Virus record (IMG/VR): IMGVR_UViG_3300037478_000532
Location: 1 to 39,622 of that record
Length of the DNA: 39,622 bases
Origin: a virus
Taxonomy: Duplodnaviria > Caudoviricetes
Strand: one strand, 5' to 3'
Positions within the stretch are counted from its first letter, which is position 1; the number at the start of each line of letters is the position of its first letter. Under the pieces are notes generated by a model that searched no databases, had not been told where the DNA came from, and saw only the letters and a list, made by a program, of their open reading frames with translations. Positions 7,915-16,249 of the stretch are shown piece by piece. A program made the position numbers and the translations under genes.

Positions 7915-8169
7915 ATGACAAAATTTCTTTGTCTCGAATGCTATTGGGGCGGAGCCGAAGAAGACATTCTTCGCGCTCCAAATCCATTTTCAGACGATGA
8001 AACCGATCAGATTATGGGCTGCCCGAAATGTCGCGAACCTAACACGATGCAGCGCGCGTGCGACCACGAAGGGTGTTGGAAACTCGCAACATGCGGAACA
8101 TCTACACCAAACGGGTACAAAGTGACTTGTCATGACCATTGGCCCGTGACAGCCGATAAGGGGCACTAA
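7915..8169 (+). CDS. Cys-rich zinc-finger protein
   Basis: CxxC, CPxC, CxxxxC, CxxH. Confidence 0.7.
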   Translation: MTKFLCLECYWGGAEEDILRAPNPFSDDETDQIMGCPKCREPNTMQRACDHEGCWKLATCGTSTPNGYKVTCHDHWPVTADKGH

Positions 8170-8201
8170 GATTTCGGCCGGTTGACTACAGGTAGTAGGT
8201 T

Positions 8202-8516
8202 ATGCGGATGCGAGAATGCCACTGTCAAAGCTGCCAGGAGTTTGACGCCATGGAAGCCAAATACCGCGAGTGGCTGCGTCAATTGGACGAAGACGTAATC
8301 CAAGGCGAGTTTGGCTACGAACCGGGTGAATTCACTGTGTATTCGAGTCATTGGCGCGAACCATATGACCAAGGTTTGACCCCGCGCGCGGCGTGGCAGC
8401 GTGCATTGGACGGTTTTGCCAACGCCCGCCGCGACAAAGAGGACCGCAAGATCGCTAACTACGCGCGGATTGTTTCGGAAGATGAAGCGGCGGTCGAGCG
8501 CGAGCGTCAAAAATGA
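8202..8516 (+). CDS. hypothetical protein
   Basis: ORF in the early array, AGG RBS. Confidence 0.65.
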   Translation: MRMRECHCQSCQEFDAMEAKYREWLRQLDEDVIQGEFGYEPGEFTVYSSHWREPYDQGLTPRAAWQRALDGFANARRDKEDRKIANYARIVSEDEAAVERERQK

Positions 8517-8553
8517 ACGGTACACCCATGACAACGGACAACGGGACCGGGCG

Positions 8554-8898
8554 ATGACCGCGCTCCCCGACCACACCACGCCGGATGCGCTGGCCGAACA
8601 TCTTGGTTGGTCGGCGCGGCGTGTGCGAGAGATCGCACGGGGGCTTGGCGCGTGCCGGATTATGGGCAATCGTATGGTGCTGCTGCCTGACGACGTGCAG
8701 GCCATCATGGAGGCAAGCCGGCCATGCCCCTTGAACTCTACCGGCGCGGAAAAGTCTGGCACTATCGCGGCACCGTTGCCGGTCGGCGACTACGCGGCAC
8801 TACGGCAAGCCAGGACAAGGACATCGCCGCGCGGGTCGCGGCCAACATCGAAGCAAAGGCGTGGAAATGTCGTCTCGATGGCCCGCAAGCGGTCCTGA
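8554..8898 (+). CDS. xis: excisionase/RDF-like wHTH protein overlapping the integrase start
   Basis: TPDALAEHLGWSARRVREIAR..IMGNRMVLLPDDV; immediately upstream of int. Confidence 0.7.
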   Translation: MTALPDHTTPDALAEHLGWSARRVREIARGLGACRIMGNRMVLLPDDVQAIMEASRPCPLNSTGAEKSGTIAAPLPVGDYAALRQARTRTSPRGSRPTSKQRRGNVVSMARKRS

Positions 8899-9701
8899 CC
8901 TTCGCCCATGCGGCGATGATGTATCGCGCCGCCGGCAAGCCGACGCGGTTCCTGGCGCCGGTCGAGGACTATTGGAAGGACACGCTGGTGCGGGATATCA
9001 CAGCGGGAGCTATCCGGGCCTCGGCGATTGCGCTGTATCCCAACGCAGGCGGAGCCACGCGCAACCGGCAAGCCATCGTGCCGACGCAGGCCATCGTCAA
9101 CCATGCCGCCGAATCCGAACTGTGCACACGGATATCGGTGAAACGGTTCCCGGTCGAGCGCAAGATAAAGACGCCGGCCACATGGGAGTGGGTCGAGACC
9201 TTCATGGCGCACGCGCCGCCCCATCTGGCGGGGCTGGCCTGTTTCATGTTCCTGACCGGAGCCCGGATCGGAGAGGCACTGGCGCTGCGCTGGCAGGACG
9301 TGGACCTTCAATCCCGCACCGCCCTGATCCGGCAGACCAAGACCGGACGCGAGCGGCTGGCACACCTTCCGCAGCCGCTCTTGCTCGCGCTCGCCAATGT
9401 AGCGAAGCTGCCTGGCCGCACCGTGTTCCGCTACACCGCGCATTGCTCGGCCGACAAGTCGTGGCGCGCGGCGGTCAAGCGGGCCGGGCTGCCGATGCTG
9501 TCGTTTCATTCTTGCCGGCATGGCTTTGCCACGGCTTTGTTGCGCTCCGGGGTTGATCCGGTCACCGTCGCCAAGCTCGGCGGCTGGAAAACCCCGCAGC
9601 ACGTATTCTCGACCTATGGCCACGCCAGCGACGATGCGACCCTGACCGACCGGATTGCCGGGAATGCGGCTGTAACAATTCGTGATAGAAAGACCGGATA
9701 G
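8724..9701 (+). CDS. int: tyrosine integrase
   Basis: Catalytic motifs TGARIGE, KTG, HSCRH, GWK, TYGH. Confidence 0.95.
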   Translation: MPLELYRRGKVWHYRGTVAGRRLRGTTASQDKDIAARVAANIEAKAWKCRLDGPQAVLTFAHAAMMYRAAGKPTRFLAPVEDYWKDTLVRDITAGAIRASAIALYPNAGGATRNRQAIVPTQAIVNHAAESELCTRISVKRFPVERKIKTPATWEWVETFMAHAPPHLAGLACFMFLTGARIGEALALRWQDVDLQSRTALIRQTKTGRERLAHLPQPLLLALANVAKLPGRTVFRYTAHCSADKSWRAAVKRAGLPMLSFHSCRHGFATALLRSGVDPVTVAKLGGWKTPQHVFSTYGHASDDATLTDRIAGNAAVTIRDRKTG

Positions 9702-9736
9702 GCCATATTGCCCTATAGGCCAATTCAGCCTATCTT
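9670..9736 (+). promoter_or_regulatory. cassette 1 control region: 16-mer, tandem 17-bp operators, promoter
   Basis: CTGTAACAATTCGTGA 9670-9685; TAGGCCATATTGCCCTA 9699-9715; TAGGCCAATTCAGCCTA 9716-9732; TTGCCC-17-TATCTT. Confidence 0.7.
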
Positions 9737-9779
9737 AATTATCAGCAAGGGCAATGACGCCCGGCGATGGAGAGATCAG

Positions 9780-10082
9780 ATGCTTAGCCAGGAACAAATT
9801 ACCGCTTTCCGCCTCGCAACCGCAGCCAACAACAACGGCGGCTACGAAGAAGACGCAACCTTGGAAGACGCCTGTTGCTCGGAAGAACAGGTCGCGCAGA
9901 CCAGAGATACCGTGGTCGATTTCGTTGGCAAGTGGGGGGCGCCGCACGACACCGAAAAATACAGCTTCGGCACGCTGTTGATTTGGAACGCTTTGCAGAG
10001 CCGCAAAGGCGCGGTTCGTGGCGATTTGTATGTGATGGACTTCGGCGGCGCGCGTGCAGCCTATTTTAGTGGTGAGGCGTGA
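9780..10082 (+). CDS. hypothetical protein (cassette 1 cargo)
   Basis: GGAG RBS downstream of the cassette promoter. Confidence 0.7.
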   Translation: MLSQEQITAFRLATAANNNGGYEEDATLEDACCSEEQVAQTRDTVVDFVGKWGAPHDTEKYSFGTLLIWNALQSRKGAVRGDLYVMDFGGARAAYFSGEA

Positions 10083-10331
10083 ATGACCACCACCATTCAC
10101 ATCACGCCGGCCATGCTGCGGGCACTCACCAACGTCAAGATCGGTCGCGTGGACAATGTATTCACGCCAGCCGGGAACACATTCCAGGCCCCGACCGGGG
10201 CTTCACAGACCTACCGGAAGCTTCAATCCGCAAGGCTGATCGAAGATGAGCCGGGTCACAAGATCGGCGTATACACCACGCGCATCAGGCAACGACTCAC
10301 CGATAAAGGCCGCGAGGCCCTTGGCCTATGA
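10083..10331 (+). CDS. hypothetical winged-helix-like protein (cassette 1 cargo)
   Basis: YRKLQSARLI...LTDKGREAL wing motif. Confidence 0.65.
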   Translation: MTTTIHITPAMLRALTNVKIGRVDNVFTPAGNTFQAPTGASQTYRKLQSARLIEDEPGHKIGVYTTRIRQRLTDKGREALGL

Positions 10332-10594
10332 CTTCAACCCAATTTCGAGCCGCGCTGGCCCGTCTCGACCTGACCCAGGTCGGCGCGGCGCGGCTGTTCG
10401 GCGTCGGTGAGAGAACATCGCGGCATTGGGCCGAGGTCGGCGTGAGCGGCGCGCACGCGATCCTGCTGCATCTCATGCTGGCCGGGAAGATAACGGCAGC
10501 CGATGTTGCCAGAGCCAGGACGGGCACAAATCTGACACACAGGGAAAAGAGCGCGACGGTTTCGAAAGTGAAATCAAATCGCTATGCGAAATGA
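10328..10594 (+). CDS. XRE-like HTH regulator (cassette 1)
   Basis: LTQVGAARLFGVGERTSRHW; C-terminus runs into att arm sequence. Confidence 0.75.
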   Translation: MTSTQFRAALARLDLTQVGAARLFGVGERTSRHWAEVGVSGAHAILLHLMLAGKITAADVARARTGTNLTHREKSATVSKVKSNRYAK

Positions 10595-10746
10595 TATTTT
10601 CCCCTCGGTGGGGAGGGGTTGCCCGACGTGGGCATACGAAAACCCAAGGGAATCCGCAAGTCCTGCATCGTGACCTTGCAGGTTCGTGCAGGTTCAAACA
10701 GGAACGAGCTAGGAACATACAGGTTTCGTGGCACAGAACTGACACA
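10523..10746. other. putative attP region
   Basis: Arm-like direct repeat GGCACA-N3-CTGACACA at 10523 and 10730; IHF-like AATCAAATCGCTA 10572; roughly 10-bp periodic CAGG(TT/AA)C repeats 10679-10729; downstream of int. Confidence 0.6.
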
Positions 10747-10860
10747 ACGATGTTCGCAGATCGTTCACGGAGGCAGCCATGACCGACATCTATGACCGGA
10801 TGATGAAATCAGCGAAAGCGGCGTGACTCTGACTATGCACAACGGGACAGGACAAAATAG

Positions 10861-11169
10861 ATGGCCGATATCATCGACATGCCGAAAGGAACGCTGACTG
10901 GTCTGCTCGTCGGGCCGTTCGAACAATGGCGCGTGATGGTGGACGGCCGGGTGATTCCACGCCTCACCGGCCGTAAGAACGGCGACAGAATTGATCTGAT
11001 CGTAGACGGTCGATTCTCGGCGTCGTTCTCTGAGTCTGACGCCCGACAGGCTGCTTGGCTGATCGCACAAGCTATGGCGATTGGCGAAGGCTACAGCCAC
11101 CTTGGCGCGGAATCGAAGGATCGGCCCTTTGCCCCAAAGGGATTTGAGATTGAGAATCCGAATCACTGA
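10861..11169 (+). CDS. hypothetical protein
   Basis: AGGA RBS; member of the small-ORF array. Confidence 0.7.
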   Translation: MADIIDMPKGTLTGLLVGPFEQWRVMVDGRVIPRLTGRKNGDRIDLIVDGRFSASFSESDARQAAWLIAQAMAIGEGYSHLGAESKDRPFAPKGFEIENPNH

Positions 11170-11202
11170 CTGCGCAACACGGGCAAAGAATAGGAGAATA
11201 AT

Positions 11203-11361
11203 GTGCCACTCTGACTCGCAATTATTTGGTGCGTAGTATTCGCCGGCCTCGTCCAGGACAGAGGGTGGCGCGTTGCTTTCGGGTGGCTGGTCTTATGGAC
11301 GATTGCGTTGATCCTCGCGCAAATCACAAGGGTCGCGTGGCGGCATTGGAAAGCGCGCTGA
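11203..11361 (+). pseudogene. small membrane protein interrupted by early TGA
   Basis: AGGAG RBS then GTG CCA CTC TGA CTC GCA ATT ATT TGG..., a hydrophobic frame with an in-frame stop at codon 4. Confidence 0.3.
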
Positions 11362-11395
11362 CGAGACGAAACAATCACATAGGAACGGCAATCTA

Positions 11396-11602
11396 ATGTT
11401 GGTGCGCAATGAACTCAAGGCCTACCTAGCCGCACACTATGGTAAGTGCGAGCTTGGCAGCGGGCGGTGCTATCACGGGCCTGGGCCACAATGTTTGAAA
11501 CGCGGTGGCCATGAGGGGTGTCCACATTGGCGACCAACAACAGCGGCGACCTTTGACGAGTTGAAGACGGAAATGCTGAAACTATACGAGAAAGAACGTT
11601 GA
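11396..11602 (+). CDS. Cys-rich hypothetical protein
   Basis: Four Cys, CPHW. Confidence 0.6.
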   Translation: MLVRNELKAYLAAHYGKCELGSGRCYHGPGPQCLKRGGHEGCPHWRPTTAATFDELKTEMLKLYEKER

Positions 11603-11646
11603 TGGGCCGTCCAAGGACGTTGACCGCCGCAAAGGAGAGAGCACCG

Positions 11647-11877
11647 ATGCCAGCAGACTTTCGAGGCGGCGACGTTAATGCAGTCCTGCGCTTGGTGAAG
11701 TCCCTCACCGCGCCGGACGACGGCGATGCGCAACTTTCGATTCTCACCGAGGCATTGATCGTCGCGTGCCGCTCGTGCGGCGTCTCAAAGGAGGATGCAT
11801 TGCCGATAATTGCAGCCGCTTTCGATGCCGAACGTAAACTGGTTCCACTCGAAAGCTCCGAAGCTGTTGGCTCGTGA
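11647..11877 (+). CDS. hypothetical protein
   Basis: AAGGAG RBS. Confidence 0.6.
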   Translation: MPADFRGGDVNAVLRLVKSLTAPDDGDAQLSILTEALIVACRSCGVSKEDALPIIAAAFDAERKLVPLESSEAVGS

Positions 11878-12107
11878 CGTGTCGAGACAGGAGTCGGGGA
11901 GGGTCTAAGTTGCTTTGCGAACACGACATTTTCTGGGAAGGTCCGCGTATCCCTATGCGCTGGGGAACGTCGCCGACAGAAGTATGCGATAACTGCGGTG
12001 CTTGGCGAACAACACTGCACGGCAGAGGTCGATGGCGCGATCCGCCAATGCCAACGGAAGCCTACAAGGCACCAGATGAAAAAGCCAATTCTCGGACGCC
12101 GCATTGA
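11874..12107 (+). CDS. small zinc-ribbon-like protein
   Basis: CEH..CDNCG; GTGA coupling. Confidence 0.5.
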   Translation: MTCRDRSRGGSKLLCEHDIFWEGPRIPMRWGTSPTEVCDNCGAWRTTLHGRGRWRDPPMPTEAYKAPDEKANSRTPH

Positions 12108-12360
12108 CTTCGATGGAGGTCGCATTGTGTTTCTCGGAACGAGCGAAGCGCACCCGGAGACTGCATATGTCGCCTTCCGCAACACCGAGGGTGCCGATCT
12201 GTATTTGAAACTGTCGTGGGAAGCACTCGACGCACTGTGCGAACTTCGGCGCGACACATCAAGGGGCGGCCAGCCAGCAATCTACCCGCACAAGCCCCGC
12301 GAAGTAGTGATGGGCTGGAAACAAGTCATTCCGCAGGAGGCTGCGCAGAGCGCAGAATAG
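12076..12360 (+). CDS. hypothetical protein
   Basis: AAGG RBS. Confidence 0.6.
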   Translation: MKKPILGRRIDFDGGRIVFLGTSEAHPETAYVAFRNTEGADLYLKLSWEALDALCELRRDTSRGGQPAIYPHKPREVVMGWKQVIPQEAAQSAE

Positions 12361-12365
12361 CTCCG

Positions 12366-12626
12366 ATGCCAGAGACAGACGACTTCGTTGGGATTGTTGG
12401 TGCGCTGGTGAATTTTGTGCAGAACGAGCGCGTCGCAGCCTACAATGATGGCGTCGATATGACGCTCGCAAACATCAAAGACTGGATGACCGGGCACGGG
12501 TACAAGGCGACAATGAACACGGTTCCCGATCTGCTCGATGAACTCCGATCTCAGATGGAGGCGGATCGCCTCGACGGCATCGAATTACCAACCGCAGCAG
12601 ATGTACGCGGAATTTTGAAGGAGTAG
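12366..12626 (+). CDS. hypothetical protein
   Basis: Follows previous ORF by 5 nt. Confidence 0.6.
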   Translation: MPETDDFVGIVGALVNFVQNERVAAYNDGVDMTLANIKDWMTGHGYKATMNTVPDLLDELRSQMEADRLDGIELPTAADVRGILKE

Positions 12627-12675
12627 CCCGCTTCGCTAACATCACATAACGGGCACGCAGAAAAGGAACGCCATA

Positions 12676-12867
12676 ATGGATGCCACAAAATACCAAGAGG
12701 CGTTGACGCCAAGCGCCGAAACCAAGGCCGCCTACATCGGCGAGTTTTCAGTTCCGCTTCCCGATATTGACAACGACGGCAACGAGGTGATGCGGTCGAT
12801 CAATGTACCGTGGACGACTATCAAACAGATCATGGCCGCGATCCGTGCGCGAGCAGAGTCGAATTAG
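12676..12867 (+). CDS. hypothetical phage protein
   Basis: AAGGA RBS; TKAAYIGEF...VPWTTIKQIM. Confidence 0.75.
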   Translation: MDATKYQEALTPSAETKAAYIGEFSVPLPDIDNDGNEVMRSINVPWTTIKQIMAAIRARAESN

Positions 12868-12882
12868 GAACTCGACGCGCCC

Positions 12883-13230
12883 GTGATGGGCAACAAGCGG
12901 CAGAGACAAAGTAGGGCGCAAACAATGCCGGCAGATACACACTATTGGGATGCGGCAGCAGTGACGCTTGATCGTATGACGGACTCTGCGCTTGGAATCG
13001 GAGAAGTAAAAGCCACTCGGCAGCGTACAGCAAGGAAACCGACCAAGTTCAAAAATGGGCTGCGCGTTCGACTAAACGCTTCCTTCCCATATGGAGGTCG
13101 AGGCCGCGAGGGAACAGTCGTTCGCCGGTACGGAAATATTTTGAGGGTGATATTCGACGACAAGCCGGGTCAAACTATCCTGTACCATATGGGATACTTT
13201 GATGTGATAGAAGTGGCCGAGAAATCATGA
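12883..13230 (+). CDS. hypothetical protein with KOW/SH3-like C-terminus
   Basis: FKNGLRVRL...GREGTVVR...LRVIFD; start uncertain. Confidence 0.55.
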   Translation: MMGNKRQRQSRAQTMPADTHYWDAAAVTLDRMTDSALGIGEVKATRQRTARKPTKFKNGLRVRLNASFPYGGRGREGTVVRRYGNILRVIFDDKPGQTILYHMGYFDVIEVAEKS

Positions 13231-13310
13231 CCGCGAGTGACACACGAGCAAACCGCGAAAAGCAAGTTTCAAATTTATTTTCTTCAATGATTCTGGCGAG
13301 AGATCGCCGC

Positions 13311-13379
13311 TAAGTCATTGATGTTTGCGCGGAGAGAAAAAGTCGATGTTGACGCCGTGCTATAATATGCACATCAACA
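13311..13379 (+). promoter_or_regulatory. AT-rich promoter region with IHF-like site and palindrome
   Basis: TAAGTCATTGATG (IHF-like) 13311; TGcTATAAT extended -10 inside GTGC-TATAATAT-GCAC. Confidence 0.45.
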
Positions 13380-13391
13380 ATGGAGGGCCTG

Positions 13392-13772
13392 ATGGAACGC
13401 GCAGTCGCAATCAAAAAGCTCGGCAAGATACTCGGCAAGTCGCTTGGCTATCGCATCAACCCCAAGGCGCCGACGCAAGATGAGAGGGAAGCCGCGAGGC
13501 TCGAATTGCCGGCGGCGATCAAAGAGCGGAATGAACTGAACGAGCGGAGAGACGCGCGGCGTCGCGCGATCCTGGAAGCCGACGAAGAATTTCAATTGCT
13601 GATGACATCCTACTCGGCCGCCAGGGATCGAGTTGACCGCCTGTCATCGGTGACACGTCACCACAAGATCACCGTAGGCATATCGAGCGGCATGTTCTTC
13701 CACGTCAAGGCCGAAGGCGACTCGTGGGAGGAAATCATCGACAAGCTGGCAACCGCAAAGCAGGCTGCCTAA
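13392..13772 (+). CDS. hypothetical coiled-coil protein
   Basis: GGAGG RBS, own promoter. Confidence 0.75.
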   Translation: MERAVAIKKLGKILGKSLGYRINPKAPTQDEREAARLELPAAIKERNELNERRDARRRAILEADEEFQLLMTSYSAARDRVDRLSSVTRHHKITVGISSGMFFHVKAEGDSWEEIIDKLATAKQAA

Positions 13773-13878
13773 CCTGTAGGACATCGCCGCCATCGGCAAC
13801 GGGGGCGGCTACGCCTGTCAGGATCGCCCACCCCCTACGGCGGGCTGATGTGGAACGACGGCAGCGGCCGCCTGCGTC

Positions 13879-14034
13879 CTACGACCAGCTCGTAGGCGCC
13901 TGCGCAAACGCGATGGCCAGGATTGCCAGCACGCCCGGCAGACCGAACAGCGTGTGACCTAGCACCAGCAGCACCACGGCCGCGATGATGCAGAACCATG
14001 CGCCGACGAACTTAATCAATGGGATCGGGTTCAT
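13879..14034 (-). CDS. small membrane protein
   Basis: Two hydrophobic segments; TGATG coupling. Confidence 0.55.
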   Translation of the reverse strand: MNPIPLIKFVGAWFCIIAAVVLLVLGHTLFGLPGVLAILAIAFAQAPTSWS

Positions 14035-14192
14035 CACAGCCTCCCCAGCAGCACCAGGATCAGCACGACCAGCAGCACGACCCCGAGGCCGCCGGCCGGC
14101 CACGGTCCCCATTCGCGGGCGTGCGGCCATGTCGGCAGCGCGCCTACTAGCACAAGAACGAGCAAGATCAGAAGTATTGTACCGAGCGACAT
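14034..14192 (-). CDS. DUF3309-like small membrane protein
   Basis: MSLGTILLILLVLVLVGALPTWPHAREWGPWPAGGLG; GGAGG RBS. Confidence 0.8.
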   Translation of the reverse strand: MSLGTILLILLVLVLVGALPTWPHAREWGPWPAGGLGVVLLVVLILVLLGRL

Positions 14193-14226
14193 GGTTGCCT
14201 CCATCTGTTGAGATCGGACTTGCGGT

Positions 14227-14493
14227 TCAGGATTTACGATTTGCTTCTTGCGCGACGGCAGCCGCCTTGTCCTCGGCTTCCCCGCGCATTTCCTCACGGC
14301 CGGCGGCGTAGGCGGCCTTGCCGGTAGCTGCGACAAGTTGCTCGCTTAGGGAATTGGTGTTGTGTTCAGTCTGCTGCGCTATCTGCCTGGTTTCCTTTGC
14401 CGTGAGGTTGGTGCGCCATGTCACGATCGCGGTCAAGACGTTGAGCCCTGCGATCACCAGCAGGGCTACCGTGTTGAGGTCGAGGTTGAACAT
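14227..14493 (-). CDS. membrane-anchored lysis-region protein
   Basis: N-terminal TM helix; AGGAGG RBS. Confidence 0.7.
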   Translation of the reverse strand: MFNLDLNTVALLVIAGLNVLTAIVTWRTNLTAKETRQIAQQTEHNTNSLSEQLVAATGKAAYAAGREEMRGEAEDKAAAVAQEANRKS

Positions 14494-14508
14494 GGTGCCC
14501 TCCTTTTC

Positions 14509-14796
14509 CTACTCATGCCGTTCGCGCCAGAGGTTCGTTTGTGGGTCCCACACGCGGCCGGATGGTGTGACATTTTGAAGGGGAACTTTGACGACATCAG
14601 CCGTCACTCGAAACCCGGAAGCAATTCCGCCGGCTTCCGCCAAGGCGATGAAGCAGGAGGCACAGACCATGTCACTAAAGATAGGGTCGCCATTTATGCA
14701 ACCTCCCCGCATCACCGCATTCCAAAGCGGAGACGGTGCCGACCACGATGGATTGTCATGGCCGCAGCGCTTGCAGATTTCAGCATTGGGCGTCAC
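14509..14796 (-). CDS. Cys-rich inserted hypothetical protein
   Basis: CKRC..CASC; GGGAG RBS. Confidence 0.65.
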   Translation of the reverse strand: MTPNAEICKRCGHDNPSWSAPSPLWNAVMRGGCINGDPIFSDMVCASCFIALAEAGGIASGFRVTADVVKVPLQNVTPSGRVWDPQTNLWRERHE

Positions 14797-14811
14797 ATAA
14801 TTCTCCCGTCT

Positions 14812-15246
14812 TCACTGCCGCGGCACAGCCGTAGTCGGACGCTGCAACAGATCGACGATCTTGCCGAGCTGGTCGTTGGTCATCTTCTGATTGGTCTCTT
14901 GAACCGCGAGGCGTGTATCCAGCTTGCCCAGCACTTCGGTCATGCGCTGCTGATTGAGCATGAAGTCCTCGCGTATCTTGGCCCGCGACGCGGTGTCCTC
15001 CTGCACCTTTTCAAAGGCGACCTTGGTGCTCGTTTCGAGTTTCGTTGAAATCGCCCGGAGCGCATCGCCCTGCGTCGCCTGCCCCATCGCGAGATAGGCA
15101 TAGCCGATGCCCGCCGCCGCGATGATGCCCGACGCGACCACGGCCTGTTTCATTGAGATTTGAAGCAGGCTCTCCGGTGTCAGCGACGCGCTGCCGTTTG
15201 GAGTAGTGCCGTAGCGGCGGCGGGGCTGCTTGCGCTTGGTCATCAT
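14812..15246 (-). CDS. single-TM coiled-coil lysis-region protein
   Basis: TM segment plus coiled coil; coupled to the upstream holin. Confidence 0.7.
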   Translation of the reverse strand: MMTKRKQPRRRYGTTPNGSASLTPESLLQISMKQAVVASGIIAAAGIGYAYLAMGQATQGDALRAISTKLETSTKVAFEKVQEDTASRAKIREDFMLNQQRMTEVLGKLDTRLAVQETNQKMTNDQLGKIVDLLQRPTTAVPRQ

Positions 15247-15680
15247 TTCTTCCATATGCCCGCGATCTTGTCGGCGACCTTCTCTGCTGAGCGCCCGCCC
15301 ATGTAGGCAATCACTATCGTTGTGAGAAGCCAATACGCCTGCGAACTGAGCATGTCGGTTCGCCCGCCGGTCCACTGGCCTAATGCCAAGTCCCAAACCA
15401 AAATCTTCCAGATCAGGATAGCCGCAGCCAAACCCATGACTGGCCGGATCGAGCGCGTAACCAAATTGCCCTGTTCGGCAATGACGACGGCCGCCTGGAC
15501 TTCGGCCTCGCGCTTGTCTAGCTGGTACTGCTGCGTCGCCAACTCAGCAACGCGCGCCTCGTGACTGCCGGCGGCGTCGAGCTTTTGCTTCTGCGCCGTC
15601 AGCAGGCCATCGATGATAGGCTTCAACAGCGCGCCGATGATCGGGACGGTCAGGAGCTTGGCCGCGATCCATTCCAGCAT
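15243..15680 (-). CDS. holin-like protein (GTA 3TM type)
   Basis: Hydrophobic helices, IRP...YMGGRSAEKV motif. Confidence 0.7.
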   Translation of the reverse strand: MLEWIAAKLLTVPIIGALLKPIIDGLLTAQKQKLDAAGSHEARVAELATQQYQLDKREAEVQAAVVIAEQGNLVTRSIRPVMGLAAAILIWKILVWDLALGQWTGGRTDMLSSQAYWLLTTIVIAYMGGRSAEKVADKIAGIWKK

Positions 15681-15682
15681 GT

Positions 15683-16249
15683 TCAGCCCCGGCCCTTCTT
15701 GGCTGCGTCCTCGATCACCTCGTCCGCCGCGGCGGCCTGCTTGTCGTACAGCGCGCCGGCGGCGTTCTCCTGCTCGATCTTGGTCACGACCGCGACGGCC
15801 TCGACCTTGGACTTGAGCGCGGCATCGACCGCGACGGCGATCTCCGGCGAGTCGTCAATGGTCTTCTGAGGCAGCGCCACGATCGCCAGCGGCGTCGAGG
15901 TGTTGTTGCGGTTCTTCTCGTCGATCATGCCGCCGACGGTGATGACCAGCGGCAGCAGATTGATCGCCAGCGTGAATAGCCCCTGGTACTTCTCGGAGAA
16001 GAACGGCAGCAGCGGCGTCAGGTCGATTGTGCCGAGTTGGGTCAGGATCGTCAGCGCAACGCCGAGCATCATCTTGGCGCGGGCCTTGAGGATCGTCTGG
16101 GACTTTTTCCAAAACTTGATCTCGATCCATTCAACCCACGGGTTCGTGTAGAACGGCTTGGTCCACTCCTGCTGCTGGAGCCAGTCGCGACCCAGCGCCG
16201 CGTACCAGACAATGACAGCGAGCAACGTCAGCACAATCAGGATGGTCAT
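15683..16249 (-). CDS. multi-TM lysis-region protein (holin-like)
   Basis: Three hydrophobic segments; AAGGA RBS. Confidence 0.65.
   Translation of the reverse strand: MTILIVLTLLAVIVWYAALGRDWLQQQEWTKPFYTNPWVEWIEIKFWKKSQTILKARAKMMLGVALTILTQLGTIDLTPLLPFFSEKYQGLFTLAINLLPLVITVGGMIDEKNRNNTSTPLAIVALPQKTIDDSPEIAVAVDAALKSKVEAVAVVTKIEQENAAGALYDKQAAAADEVIEDAAKKGRG

Noticed and set aside
10599-10620. Assignment of att core to a specific host tRNA
   Set aside because: Only a loose resemblance to anticodon arms; cannot be supported without a search.
7475-12900. CRISPR array or classical integron attC array
   Set aside because: Repeats are short, degenerate and separated by whole genes; no attC hairpins are evident and the 325-aa integrase has a phage-type xis/att context.
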